From the NCBI RefSeq assembly GCF_031769215.1, contig NW_026782376.1, forward strand, positions 682,001 to 746,000: a DNA stretch of 64,000 nucleotides, given 5' to 3'. This DNA is from Ylistrum balloti. Taxonomy: Eukaryota. The position numbers and the translations under genes were made by a program. Positions 12,901 to 27,000 of the stretch are shown one piece after another; position 1 is the first letter of the stretch; every line of letters starts with the position of its first letter. Under the pieces are notes generated by a model, which did not search any database, was not told the DNA's origin, and was given only the letters and a program-made list of their open reading frames with translations.

Positions 12901-15900
12901 CGAGCATTGAAGCGACAGAGGAAATTCCAAAGTGATCGAGACAGAATTTCAATAACTGTAGTAATTTTCATAAACCTGACAATTTAAGTGCAGATGTATA
13001 CTCTGAACCATGCCAACATTTGAATGAAATCAAACGTAGTATGCAGGATACGACAAATCTCGGGGACGGAAAGTTCACCAGCAGTGACTTCCGCCTCCAA
13101 TGGCAAAGATTTCCAGGTCATCCTCAAACTTGAAAGTTTGCCACTGAAGGGTTCACGATCTTGTATCTATCGAACGCTTTGATTTCAGGTAGGACTTTGG
13201 TGTTATATCAATACCTATGTTTTTGTTCTTAGTTCACAAAACAGCAAAACCTAAATAACAATATTGTAAAATATATTCCAAATTGTTAAAGAAATACATC
13301 TTTTATGTAACACAACAAGCACGATAGAATTATAGCAATACAAATAAGACACCGAGGAAATAACGAGACAAAATGAAATGGAGATGTACACTCACGAAAC
13401 TGTGGAACCACTATTAGATGACCCAGTGGGATAAACGAATTCTGTATCAGATAAATCAACCAGCGTTATTGTACGTCTCTTCAAGTAACTTCAACCTGCC
13501 AAGTATTTGGACGTTTATTTTCTAATATGAAAACATTAAATGCTAAAGTATCCTGTCATATAGACTATTTAACCTGATGAGACACTCGACCTATATGATG
13601 CGAAGGATGATGTTGATGATGCTGCAGGTGTGTGTAGGTGGCTCACAATTGATGGAATTGGCAGATATCTGTTTATATTACGGAGTCTGTCAGTAGCTAT
13701 AGATTGACTGAAGATTTTTTCTATACCTCGAGGAGAGGTATTTGTTGAATATATATGATAAGTCGTATACTGAGGATACTTCATGATTTCCTGTTAAACA
13801 TCATAAAAAATACTAGTATTATACAATACCTTGATGCTTTATCTGCATTTTTCACGAGAAGAAGATTATATTTTTGTCGGTGAGACAATGGAATTTATCA
13901 ATAAAATAAAAAAGAATTTCTTATCATTAGTAATGATGAAACTTTTTATTGGTGATATAGCTTTCGTAGTTTTGACTAATCAGAGCGGTGCTTTTAGTCC
14001 CTGCAGAAAATTTCTCCTGTTCTCCTTTTCGCACGAAATTGAAGCGGAGAATGAATAAGTTTGAATATGGTTTTCCATCAAATCTTTTTCATGTACAATT
14101 CGAGTTTTCACTAATGTTAAAATTTTAATGTGTTAAACAGTTTTGTTGGAGATTCCTACCAGATAACAGTATGAAACGGTAGATTATCACGTAAAGTGGT
14201 CTGTTTAAAATGACGTCATCTTACTGTCAACCGTAAATGCCAAAATATGCTACAACGTCAATATTTCCAAACTACTTTTGAAATGTAAATGACTTACTTA
14301 TTTCTCTGCTACCGCTACTTTAGTTTAACACTGGCGAAATGGAGATTACTGTTAACAGCGTCGTCAGGTGGATTCCAACCATCGCCGGCCGTTTCAACCC
14401 TTATTCTGCGACGTCGTCTGATTGGCGGGTCAGCAGTGGTGTTTAATGTGCACCTTAAGCAACAATATGTTCTCTGTGCTTTCTCAGCTATAATCTTAAT
14501 AACTGTCTGTCCTCATGTTCATGTCAGTCCGACTTTCTGGATCATTTTCCATATTGAATCTGCAGGGAAACCCCCCTTCCCCATTAATAAAAAAAATATA
14601 AAAAAATGAAACAATTTTTTAAAGAAATTAAGAGACAGTAAGCAACAAAACCGAAAGGAAGTGAATATCAATAAATTGTAACTCGTTTTTTTCCGAAGAG
14701 ATCTATAAACAAAATCCGACTCTTTTAGTGAGAATTACGAACGTCTGCTGTGTCATCAATGATATTGGCTACATAAAGATTTAGTATACAAGAATCAGTT
14801 TGTAAAAACGTGTTAGATAACACGATATACATTGGTAACACAAAGAGGTTGCAACGAAGGATCCACTGAATATTCCATTGCCCAGATATAGGCATCTTAG
14901 TTATATCATGTGATTGGCTGAAATATGGTAGTGGTTTTATAAAATATGTTTATATTGAATAAAGCTATGACTACTGCTATGATCTATATACGCATCCAAT
15001 CGCCATGCAGACATTACTGTTACAATGAAACATCAATATCAATAGACTGCTAATGAACTGCCACATACCGCTGGACGTGATGACGTAATTACACGTAAGA
15101 ATGCTTCAGGGATACTTTCTTGTTTCACACCTTTCTTTTTCCTTTTTTTTTTTTTTTTTGTTTATTTTTTTTCTCAAATACAACTCATGGGTTTGCACAA
15201 CTTGATACATCAAAATCATTCTTCGTGCATGTGAAACTGTATTTGGTAAGAATGTAATGAATTGAAACTTTCAAGTAATTTCTATTTCTTCAAAATAGGA
15301 TATGAGTGGTTACAACACTGCTAAGCATACACACTAACATCACAAACATTGATACCCATATTGCGCGTTTGAAAGAATGAAAGAAAATTCCGTGTTTCGC
15401 CATTTTTTCGACGCCTAGCAAGGACATTGTAAATGTCAACAAGCCCTTGAATGTCAAACCATCTACAACATTCAACCCAATAAGACAATGAAGTTAGAAA
15501 ATTACTATCTGGGAACAGAACAATCATAAAGGCCTGACTTATCACACATATACGGCTATTTAATAGTTTTCTTGTAGTTTTAAGGAAAAACGTCATATTG
15601 ATATATGTGTGTATAGCTAAAACTGAAATTTAAGGACACAGCAAAGCTTTGTTTCCAGTTCTGAAAAGAAAACACATGGAATTCGGGGAACATTTTGTTG
15701 TATGGACATGCCAGCGAACGAGATCTTGACAACAAGCTCAAATAGCACTTAAAAATCATTTCAATCTGACCTTAGTCATGATTGAATGTAAACAAAGACA
15801 ATACAGGCAAACCGAATCTTGAATAAAGAACAAAAGAAACGTGTCCACGGGGATCTCTCTGTAAAGGGACAAAAGGAATACGACAACATGTCCCTGGAGG

Positions 15901-16363
15901 GTATCGACAATATCCGCCTTGTAAACATCGGTCAATCAAGGTAAGTAATGTCACGTTCCATAATGAGAACAATGTCAACAACAATGGAACCACAAAGCAT
16001 ACTAACGAGCATCAAAAACGCCAAAATTCATATTGCACAAGGATATAGAATATTTCCGAATAAGATCCTTTTGAAGATCATAAGAATTCACCATTATCTC
16101 TGTTAACCTCCTGCATATCTCGAATCCCTCTGTACTGAGTTTATTACGAAATACGTTCCAGCGTACCGCAGCTCACAACAAATAAATCTGAACCTCCAGT
16201 AGGATTTATATGAATATAACAAGGTGTTATTAAGAGAGCGTTTGTGGCCAGTGGAAGATTAAATATATGAAGACATTTTTTCTTGCTTGATTAATGGATC
16301 AAAAGATGTTCGTAATTTCCAAAATCCACATTGCTTTTTAAGCAACTTTTGTATCGCATTAAA

Positions 16364-16466
16364 AGGTTGTAACCCTAACAGTGCTTATCAAAGCATAAGG
16401 TTGTAACCCTAACAGTGCTTATCATAACAGAAAGATTGTGCTCCTAACAGTGCCTATCATAGCAGA
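16364..16466. repeat. 34-bp tandem repeat, 3 units
   Basis: ggttgtaaccctaacagtgcttatca recurs. Confidence 0.7.
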
Positions 16467-17092
16467 AAGAGAATCTGTTAAAAAAATGAAAAAATAAAGA
16501 CTTACACCAATACACCCGGAATACTAGAAGGAAAATAAGACTAGGTGCTCCGAAAGGATAAACGTTTCCAGCTTCCTTGTCGACAATTAGAAAGTCTGCC
16601 TAAAGTATCAGTCAACCCAAGTAATTGTGTACTATTCTTCATTGTAAGAACAAGATAAGTACTAGGAGGCTAGGATAAAGACAAGAAGTAAATTTAAGTG
16701 ATTGTCGACAGATCTACATATAGCAATAACCACCAGCTGACTTTAAAAATCCTGTTTTCATTAGCAAATCAGGAAAAGAGTCGACGATCAGGTGAAAATG
16801 AGCCAGAGTTTAATGCTTGATTCAAAGACAATTAGGGTCCTAGGGCTATCATGACAGGAGATACAGTGAAAACACAAGGAACAGAAAGGCAAAATACGAG
16901 TTTCATGATGAATATGAAACAGGTTGATGTGTTTATTTTGAATTGTTTTAGCAATGAAGAAAGAAATGTGTCTAAAATTACGGATCATGCTGTATAATGT
17001 TCATGGATGAAGAAACCCGAAGTTGTAAAGCATTCCTAGTACAGGTCCAAAATCCTCTGCGGTTCGTTCTACAGAAGGACCTAGCCCCACTT

Positions 17093-17313
17093 GTATAAAA
17101 CATCTCAACTTGAAATTTCCTCAAGTCGAGATTTTCCTCAGCTGATATCTCCTCAAAAACGGCTTGTATAAAATTTTCTCATGGAACAGGAGGAAGTCAT
17201 CGGCTAGGATGTCCTGAAATTCCTTGAGGAATTTTCATACAAGATATTTTCAAGGAGATATTAGCTGAGGAAAATCTGGGCTTGAGGAAATCTGAAATTG
17301 AGATATTTTATAT
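17093..17313. repeat. Long imperfect inverted repeat (arms about 95-100 bp, loop about 20 nt)
   Basis: gtataaaacatctcaacttgaaatttcctcaagtcgagattttcctcagctgatatctcc pairs with ggagatattagctgaggaaaatctgggcttgaggaaatctgaaattgagatattttatat. Confidence 0.85.
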
Positions 17314-17314
17314 C

Positions 17315-17665
17315 CTGAGCAGCTAGAACAATAATTGTTGTATGAAATTCGTAATATTGGGAACACGCCTTTGAATGTCGAATCAACTTCAACATATAAA
17401 CATGATATGATGAGGATGTAGGAAGGTTGCTATCCAGAAACAAAAAATAAAAAAGGAGAAAACTGAAATCATCACGCTTTCCGTACAGCTTTGTGTCCCT
17501 GTCAGTTTCATTGCAAGGTACATGTACGCGGCAGATGTAAAAGAGTCTGTCGTGTCCTTGATTTCCGATTTTGGTGGTACATACGATGAACATAACCAAC
17601 AAATCTCTTTAAATTAAAAGACAAGGCATCATCAAGGTATGTCAGATACCTTAATTGTGAAAATA
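17315..17665 (-). mobile_element. Degenerate Penelope-like retroelement reverse transcriptase fragment
   Basis: Two overlapping frames give RYLTYLDDALSFN (YIDD-type motif) and TKLYGKRDDFSF...DSNLPTSSSYHVYMLKLIRHSKACS. These resemble the TKLYDKRDDF...SNIP...AYGVYISQLIRY.RAC RT C-terminus I recall from invertebrate Penelope-like elements. Confidence 0.8.
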
Positions 17666-17892
17666 AATCAGAACATGCGGAGGGTTTCATCATATTCCGT
17701 CTCCGTTATTAGAATGTCTAAATAAATAAAGGAAGGGGTATCGCGTATAAAATTACAAAGTTTTACCGAATATTTGGTTTGTTAATAATGTACGTTGATA
17801 TATTGAAATAATAAAAATAGTATGTTTGTGGGCTAGCGAGACTGAGCATCGAACTCGAAAACTTCATAACGGAAGGCGATATATGCTATCAA

Positions 17893-17897
17893 CCAAT
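17893..17897 (+). promoter_or_regulatory. CCAAT box (NF-Y-like, aaccaatcag) in the IQANK1 proximal promoter
   Basis: About 145 nt upstream of the ATG, in a CpG-retaining stretch. Confidence 0.5.
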
Positions 17898-18038
17898 CAG
17901 ATTAAGTCTTTTTTTATTGCTAAGTGCGGTCCTGTGTTGTTGACAAATGGAGGATGGTGTATGAAAACACCCTTGCAACTTGTTATTTTGCTTGACTTTG
18001 CATCTGACATCACCAAGAAGAAACAGATTTGACTGAAA

Positions 18039-21000
18039 ATGCCTCCTAAAAAGCCAGTTCCTGCGAAAGCACCTGCGCGACCTGCAGCAAAGCCTGCACC
18101 AGCGAAACCAGCAGGGAGGGGGGCTCCCGCAAAGCGAGGTGCTCCGGCTGCAGGTATATTGTATAAACAGTCGATAGCCCTACTAATCCAGCTGCAGTCA
18201 GCCGGTGTTTAAAATCTGTTGTCAGAGTTCTTCACATGTGTTTTATTTATATAGACTTCAATATTACAAATCCACTATATCACTGCGATAATAGCGACAT
18301 TTGTTTGAATCTAACCACGACGCACATTATATACTATACAGTACAATTTACTGTTTGGACACCCCCCTCCCCCCTCACATATGCTTATAAGTTAAATTCT
18401 CGCTCATATGGTTAGCGATAACTTACCTGGCACCTATACCGTATTGTATGTTAATTGTAGTAAAATTGCATAATATCAACTTGCATCAATCCAAAAATTT
18501 TCCTGTCTACATGTAACATTCTTTTCCTGGTAAAATGATATGAATTATGGCAAAGCCATTTAGAGTGATAGTAGTATATAACTTACTTATTTTTATTGTA
18601 GCAAACAAACATGACAAAACATTTGCTGACAATAATCATTTAACCTTAAGTGTAAGGAACTCTTTCTTCCTTGAGTATTGTATTTATTGTGTTCCTAACT
18701 AGTTCATGGTGTTTTGTTATTCCTTGTTTATCCTTATGGACAATCTCTTTAAAGTTACTAATCATATAGTCATGTTCAGTCTGCAGTCTCTAGTTGTCTG
18801 TACACATGATGAACATCTTGGTGAATCAGACTATTTGTTTCATGTCGGCTATGTTGCTATCTGCCATTGGCGCAAAGCATTACTAGGAATTCCACTTACG
18901 AGTCACAACTTCATGTCTGATAGTATGTGTGAAAATTTTCACTTTTTTTTTCTTTGCGTGTGTAATCTTTAGGGTTTGCTTCGAAGGGGACATTCAAGCT
19001 ATTAATCACAACAAGCCACTCAGCTAGAGAGAACCTTTCTTTAGCTCGATCGTTTGAGCATTAGACTAGTAAGCAACAGATTCCATGTTCCATTGTCTAG
19101 CAGAGGCATTGAAATAAATAATGACCTCTGTTACATTGGCACGCATTTAGGGACTCTGGAATAATTTTTAGCATTGTCCCACGTATGTCGAGGTAAAACT
19201 TTGAAACTCAAAGACAAGTGATTTTCTGGAGAGAGAGTATTTAACCCTGGTAAATACTGCCCGCAATATACTGCTCAGCTATGGAGAACTTCTCTTAAGA
19301 CTTCCTTTAAGACTAGATGACCAAGTTGTGTCCAAATTTGATTTACCAGTAAGGCAAGCTAGCAGTGCCATGCAGAAACTTTCTGTTATTCATTAAGTCT
19401 CAGTCCAAAAAATCTTTATCAGTAACATGAGAATGTGAATTTTTTCCTCACGTTTTTTCCTGTAATATGTTTTTTCTTTAAACAGGTTAGATTAGTGACT
19501 GTTCGACAGAATCCTTTTAATACCTAAGTCAATAACACACAAATAAATAGCAGAAAATCTGCAAATTTTAGGTGTAAAGAAAGGAGGAGCAGCTGCTCCA
19601 GCAAAAGGTAAAGCAGAGCCAGCAAAACCTAAAGAAAAAGTTTGGACCCCAAAGGATGATGCAGCCAGGAAAATACAGTGCAAGATCAGACAGTTTTTGG
19701 CCAAAAAAAAACTTGCACAAAAGAAAAAGGAAAAAGCAGACTATGAAGAACTCATGGATAAACTTGAAAAAGAGGTAATTTATAAATTTTGATAAAGTAA
19801 ACAACGGGATATGCCAGTGGGTACATATTCAAACAACTGTAACAAATTCTGTCAAAAAATAGTAAGTAAACAGAAATGGAAATTCATGTATTTCAGCTTT
19901 GAGACATACAGCTACATCTCAATATAGTGAGTCATGTTTATGACATTTTCATTTAGAAAAACCATAGTGTATCATCTAATATTTACATTAAGGCACTTCA
20001 TCTTCTTAATTTTACAAGTGTAAAAGAGATGAAAGGACAATAGCTCTGAATCGGTTTTTTTTCTCTGCTGCAAATGAATAAAACTCTCCTTCTAATCCTG
20101 AAAAGCATATGTTAAAACAACAACAACAACAGCAAAAATCTATACAAAAAAGAAAGAAAAAAAAACCCCCAACTGTTCCAAGCTGACAATTGATGAACCG
20201 AAGTACCCAGTGAAACCCAGGTGGCCGGGCAGGTGACCCCTTACCAAGTATGCTACCACTGCGCCACCTGACCACCTGATCTATTTTAACACGTAGGATC
20301 AAACTGTGCAGCATGGCTGAGAGAAATGGTGTTAGTTACCTGCTCAGAATACCTTTACCGGACACTGTGTATCACACGACATTAGACGTAATCTATCTAT
20401 ATACACCAGGTGAATTGTACTTATTGATCTCATCAACTTTTGTTTAGGCATTTATGAAGTTAGTTCAAATGGAGCAAGAAGAAGCAGAACGTCAGCGTAA
20501 GAAGGAAGAAGAAGAGAGGCGAAGAAGACAGGCTGAGGCCAAGAGAAGGAAGAGGATGCTGGAAGCAGCCTTTGAGGGAGATCTTGATGAAATTATGGCA
20601 GTATTACAGGAGGTTTGTATAAAATAGCAAAGTTACTTTCCTTACATCACACAAGTTATTACCACATTCCTTATTTTATCATATATCAGTTAATATCACA
20701 TTCTTAATAATGTTACATATTAGTTGATATCTATGTTAATATCACATTCTTTATAATGTTATATATCAGTTGATATCTCTGTTAATATCACATTCTTTAA
20801 TTATTATCACATTCTTTCATTATTATATATCACATATTTTGTGTTATATTTTATGATAGAAGAATTAATCTTCATCTCTATAAAGACACTGTCAGCGGAC
20901 TAAACACTGAAAATATTTTCAAATTTAAAAAAAGAAGATACAAAATTGAACTTAAAAATTTGTTTTGTTGTCAGGTCAAAGATTTAGATGATAAAAATGA

Positions 21001-24000
21001 AGTAGGAAAGGACTCCATTGGGATGGCTTTAAGAAATAAACATGAGATGGCTGTTGTGGAATGTGAAGATCCCAATGATAACACACCTCTGTCTGAGGCA
21101 GCAAGTAAGTTAAGAGTTTCAATTCATTTGATATGGTGCTTTTTCTAATTTGGAGGTTTTCCTTGTCCTTTTACAGTTGTAATGAAGATTCCTACTCAAA
21201 TAAAAAAAAGTAATTCACCCCCCCCCCCCCCCTTTTAACAATTTAATTGCTTGAATTATCAGTCCTGAGAGAAAACAGCATACAATTGCTAAAGAACTGC
21301 TATCCTATATTTTTTTACTTTTACCTGTAGATGGTGGAAGTGTGGAGACCATAAAATTTCTTCTTGACAAGGGAGCTGACCCTAACACAAAGGGTCAGTT
21401 TGGCCGTACACCTCTTTACCGAGCTGCTTTCGCTGGACATCTGGAAGCTTGTCAGGTATAGTTCTTAATTAAGAATTATATGTTTTAAATCTCTTTGGTC
21501 GATTCAAGAATTTGAAAATTTACATGATGTTCAACATTGTTTCTACTCTTGATCAAGTACCTGAAATGATTTCATTTAATATTATAGTCAAATAAAGCAA
21601 TGAAATCAGATGTAATTTTGGCAACATTTTTACTTTCTCTCTGTAATGATAAGTTATTGACAGTTTTATTTTGGTTTATTTGGTTAATTTGTTTTTTTGG
21701 GCAGTTGTTACTTCAAAATGGTGCTGATCCAAGAATCTATGCCAGTGATAGCCAGACTCCACAACAGGTAAAACGATTTGCCACTCGTCATAGCTTTCTT
21801 AAAATGAAGAAATATATATACATTGTCAATCATGTTTCCATTCTAGAGAGTGGCATGTTTTTACCACACATATTGTGTAATTCAAGGGCAAATGACGATA
21901 AAAAGAAAGAAAGAAAAAAAAATGGATGTTTATTTCCCATACATTATATTGATACAGTTATCAATTTTACATTTACAGTCTTTAAGTAGATTTACAAATA
22001 AAATGTATGGATTCAGTGTTATTTACATTTATTTTGAAAATTCACAAATTTGTATAAATGAAGATGAAAGTGACTTGTTTACTCCAGTGTAGTATACAGG
22101 AGACATGACTGAATTTTCCTTGTTTAAAGTCTTTGGAATGCAACCTTAAGATTATCTCCCTTTATTTTTAGATAGCCTCTCAGAAAGCTGTACAGGACTT
22201 GATAGGGGACTGGGATGTTGCCCAAACAGATATCCTACTGGCTAAACTTGAAGCAGCCAAAGAACAACGCATGGAAGAACAAAGGAAGAGAAATGAATTT
22301 GAGCAGAGCAAGTATGTATCTCACTTCACATTGGATTGTACATTGGTGCTATTTTGTTTTTGTCTTTTTGTCCACACAGACAGACACAAGCACCATCGTA
22401 AAAACCAGTTCTGTATAGCATGCTGGAAGTTTAAAGATGCAACTCAAAATTACAGAATATAACTATGATTGAGGTTTGGGATGGAAAAATCTGCAGCAAA
22501 CAGCTCCCAGAATTAATAATGAGATAGAACTTAACACTTGATCTGTACATTTTTTCAACTGAAGTCAATAGTCAGTTTTCATTTGTTCTTTTTTCGTTTA
22601 TAAGCTATCAAAAAGATGAGAATTTATGTTAAAGTCCAGGTACATGTATTATGTTTTATTTATTTTTTTTTTATTATTATTATTTTTTTGTGTATGTGGT
22701 TGTGTGTTTTTGTTTTTTCACTTTATTATTGTGTTGTGTTTATAATACACACATTTCTTTGTTACAGACTTGAAAGCAAGGTTGAAGCTGCTCAACATGA
22801 ATATGATGTTTTACAGAAACAAGTTTGTATACTTTTAAACATAAATTAATCTTTGAATGCAGATTATACACTAGTATACATTCATAGGGATTACAGATAT
22901 CTGACTGTAAAGTAAAAAGTTGACAAATCAAAAGATTCTTCAGTCTGTGAATTACCAGCAACAAGTTCTTTTCAAATGATGTTTATAATTGTGTCAGAAA
23001 TACTGATGTCAGACAACCCCATACTATAGTAATTTTGGTTGTGAATGCTAAAAAACATGTAAATATATTGAAACATTTTATGCAAATTACTTAATGTGAC
23101 CTCATATATCATTGGGTTAACTTTTTTATTATTCATTATCTTTTAACCATGTACTTACCAGGTAATCTTGTTCTGTTACTTTTACTTGTTTAAATTTGAT
23201 ATTGCATTGAATTAACAATTAAAATGTATTTAATTGTTTTCTATAATGGTGAATTTTGTAGAGAACAATTCATCATTGTGCATATCTACATTAAAAACTA
23301 TTACTAAAAATGCTTTCAAATTTGAGTTCTCAGACAATGTTTCTCTACAGCATGTTTATATGTAAGGGACATGAATATGGAGGGTTAGTCATTTCCAAGA
23401 TGCAGCATTTCTGTACCAGACATTTTGTAACACTGGCTGTACATACCTGAGCATTTTTTTATTTCTTTCAATTTCCTTTATTCTAGTTAAATAAAGCTTA
23501 CTGTGAGCTTGAGAAGAGGATCTCGGAACATGATGAGGCGATGAACAGTGGATTTGATCGTCCAGATGTCACCCTACAGGTAATTTGATATTCACTATGG
23601 ATGGATAAATTTTGTAAATCTGAAGTTAACCATGAAAAAAATCTGTTTAGAATTATTCCTGATTTTGATTAATTGAATCCTGACCATCATTTATTGTATT
23701 TCTTCTCCAATAAGCCCAAGGGGCCAACACAGTACTTCTTTCCGAAGTCAAGGGGTGGGCTTATTGCAGGACATTTTGAAATCATGTTGGCTATTAAAAT
23801 TAAGATATATATGGATGGGATTATTACCTGATAAATATGATAGGTAAAAGTGTTATCTATAAATATTTTGTTTGTAGCATATCTTGATATGTACAAGCAG
23901 TCAATATATTCATCAAGGTACAAATGTATTTTGATAATTCTTAAAAGTAAATTGACAATGAAATAAAAGGATAAAGACATATTTCGGAGGGGTTTCCAGG

Positions 24001-27000
24001 ATCACATGTTGGGATATATAAGATGCTGTCTCATTTTGTCATAAGAATGGAGACAGACAACCTGTAACCAACCATCCAAATTGCCATAAGCCTGACTAGG
24101 AATGGTGATGTTTTGATAAACCATTAATAATGGAAATTTTAGATCGAAAATCTGCATATATCAACACTGTTGAATGAGTGCATGTAATTTAATTCTTTGA
24201 GGTAGAAGAAACAGAAAGTGAACTAATATATGATGTATTTATGTCTAGTCACATTTTCTTGAAAGATGCTACAGATTTTGACATTATCAAAGTGTGATCC
24301 CTCTCTTATCACAGGCAATCCATGATGGTGAGGATGAAGTTGAGGTATTGAAACTGAATACAGAGAAAGCTCGAGAAAAGTTAGCAAACGCCAAACTGGA
24401 ACTCCGTGAACAGAAGAGAGCAGGACAATGTAATTGGGTTTTTTTTTCTTTTCCTTCCTTGGCAGGAAATTTCTGTATATCATCTTTTCTGTTTTTTTGT
24501 TTTTTTTTGTTTACAAGAAAACACCTTTGTGATAAAGATTATCCATTAAACAGAAGAAGAAGAATAGTGTTGCAAAATTGTTAGACTGTGTCTGGTTTCA
24601 GATTGAAGGTCCATCGTTTGAATCATAATTTACTGTTACTGTAAAGCATGCTTGAGAGAAAATAAAGGACCATTTTAGGGGACTTGGATGCTCCCTCCCT
24701 GAAACATGGTCCGAGGGGCAATTCCAGAAAAAATTGAAATATACATGGCTGGAGATTGCACTTTTTTGATGATAAAACCTGTATTATGATATTTAGAGGG
24801 AAAATGTCTTATTGAAATTATCAATTCATTTTGCCCATTTATAAAGACTTTATTCAGTTAATCTTTATCCCATCTCCAGCATACATGCATACATGTATCT
24901 GGCAACTGAACTGCTGAAAATTATTGATTTCAATATTTATAGATTATAAGATATGAAAACAACTGAGGTATTTATTGACCAATGTGGCATATATAGCTGG
25001 TGACCCTGCATCCCCATTTTTCTCAATCAACAATGGCCATGTGTTGCCGTCTAGAATATTGTACAAAGCACACACAAGTGGATAGCACCTTTTCCTACAA
25101 ATTAACAGTTAGATACAGTAGAGCCAAAACAATGAATTTAACTGCATCATACAGCTGTTTCATGCTTCTAGGGCTCTCAAGTGATGTTAAGGACTTAAAT
25201 TTTGAAGTCTAGAAAGGGACAGAGTTAGATCCAAAGTGTTGGAAAGAATTGTCAAAATTTAGCTGGGCACATGCACTTAAATAAACAAATAAATAAATGA
25301 ATAAATAACTGATTTTTTATATATCTGTTTATTATGTAAAGTATGTATTTATATTCTGAATCTTGCCACTATACAAATGGTTACAGCAAAACTCTGGGAC
25401 TAAATGTCCACCACCAGTGTCTACCACCTGCAGTCTTAAAGATTGCAATACAAAATATCTTTAGTTTTCAATTTATGAACAGATGGAGCTGATGTGTCAG
25501 TGAAGCAAAAGAAAATGGAACCTGGACACTTTTTGAAAGACAGATGTTATTTAAGTATAATACAATAATGATAACGTTTATTTTATATATAGCTGCTCTT
25601 GATGAAGAGGAACTACCAGGGGTCAAAGTAATGACCCGAGAACTGGAAGATGTTTTACTTAGGGATGTGGGTAATAAAATCAAAGACTCTGGCAAGTAAG
25701 TTCACAGCTAATCAACATATTAAGTCAGCCTTGTATTTCAAAATTCCATTCAAAATATCTTAAATGCAATAAAGAGTTAAAAGAAGTCTCATGATGCAAG
25801 TAATCACTTTTCACAAGTTTATTGTTTTAAATGGGAACGTTGAGAACTGCAATTTGGAGCTTCAGCACTGATTTCATATACAAACAAAACTGTGACATAA
25901 AAATTAGATGATCCTTGTATACATAGTCAAACCTGCTAAAAAGGCCACTCTTTGGAGCAGAGGAATAAGGTTGTTATAATAGACAAATGGCCTTTATATA
26001 GAGGTTCAATATAGATATATCATATTGGGACCAAATGAAAGAGACAGGTATATGATAAATAGAGGTGGCATTTACCGACAGGTTTTTGTTATATTGAGGC
26101 AGCCTTTATAGACAGGTAAATGATATTCAGAGGTGAACTTAACAGAAAGGTGTTTGTTATATAGAGGTGGCCTTTATAGACAGGTAAATGATATGCAGAG
26201 GTGAACTTTACAGAAAGGTTTTTGTTATATTGAGGCAGCCTTTATAGACAGGTATATGATATGCAGAGGTTAACTTTACAGAAAGGTTTTTGTTATATTG
26301 AGGCAGCCTTTATAGACAGGTATATGATATGCAGAGGTTAACTTTATAGACAGCTATTTGATAAATAGAGATGATCTTTATATACGGGTATTTGTTAAAT
26401 AGAGGTGGACATTATCGACAGCTAATTGTTGAATAGAGGTGGCCTTTATAGACAGCTAATTGTTCAATAGAGGTGGATTTTATAGACAGGTCTGTGATAT
26501 ACAGGGGTGGACTTTATATACAGGTATGTGATATGTAGAGGTTATCTTTATATACAGCTAGTTGTTAAATAGAGGGGACCTTGTTAGACAGGTATTTGTT
26601 ATGTAGATGTGGTCTTTATAGACAGGTACATGTATTTGATTATAGAGGTGGTCTTTATATACAGGTATTTATGATGTAGGAAGGTTTAGGTGTTGGCTAT
26701 ATTTATGAAATATAGTTAGTGAAAGAGTATCTTTATAAACTAAGCTTGAGCATCACAATTAAGATTTGTTGTTCGTCCATGATGGCAAATCTCAGTAGAG
26801 ATCAATTTTATAATTTTATCTTGAGATCTGAGAAATCATTTGTGATATTGAAGCCATGTAATGGTTTCAGTCATTCAGGAATATTTTAATGGTTCACAAT
26901 ACTTTTTAATTTGAAACAAAGTTTATGATCTGTTTCATTATTCACTGGATTTTTTCCCTTTTTTTAAACCAGGTGGCCATTGATCATCGATCCTAATGCC

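Noticed and set aside
15826-15940. Open frame ending at a strong AAG|GTAAGT donor
   Set aside because: Upstream in-frame stop, no pyrimidine-rich acceptor, and no recognisable product.
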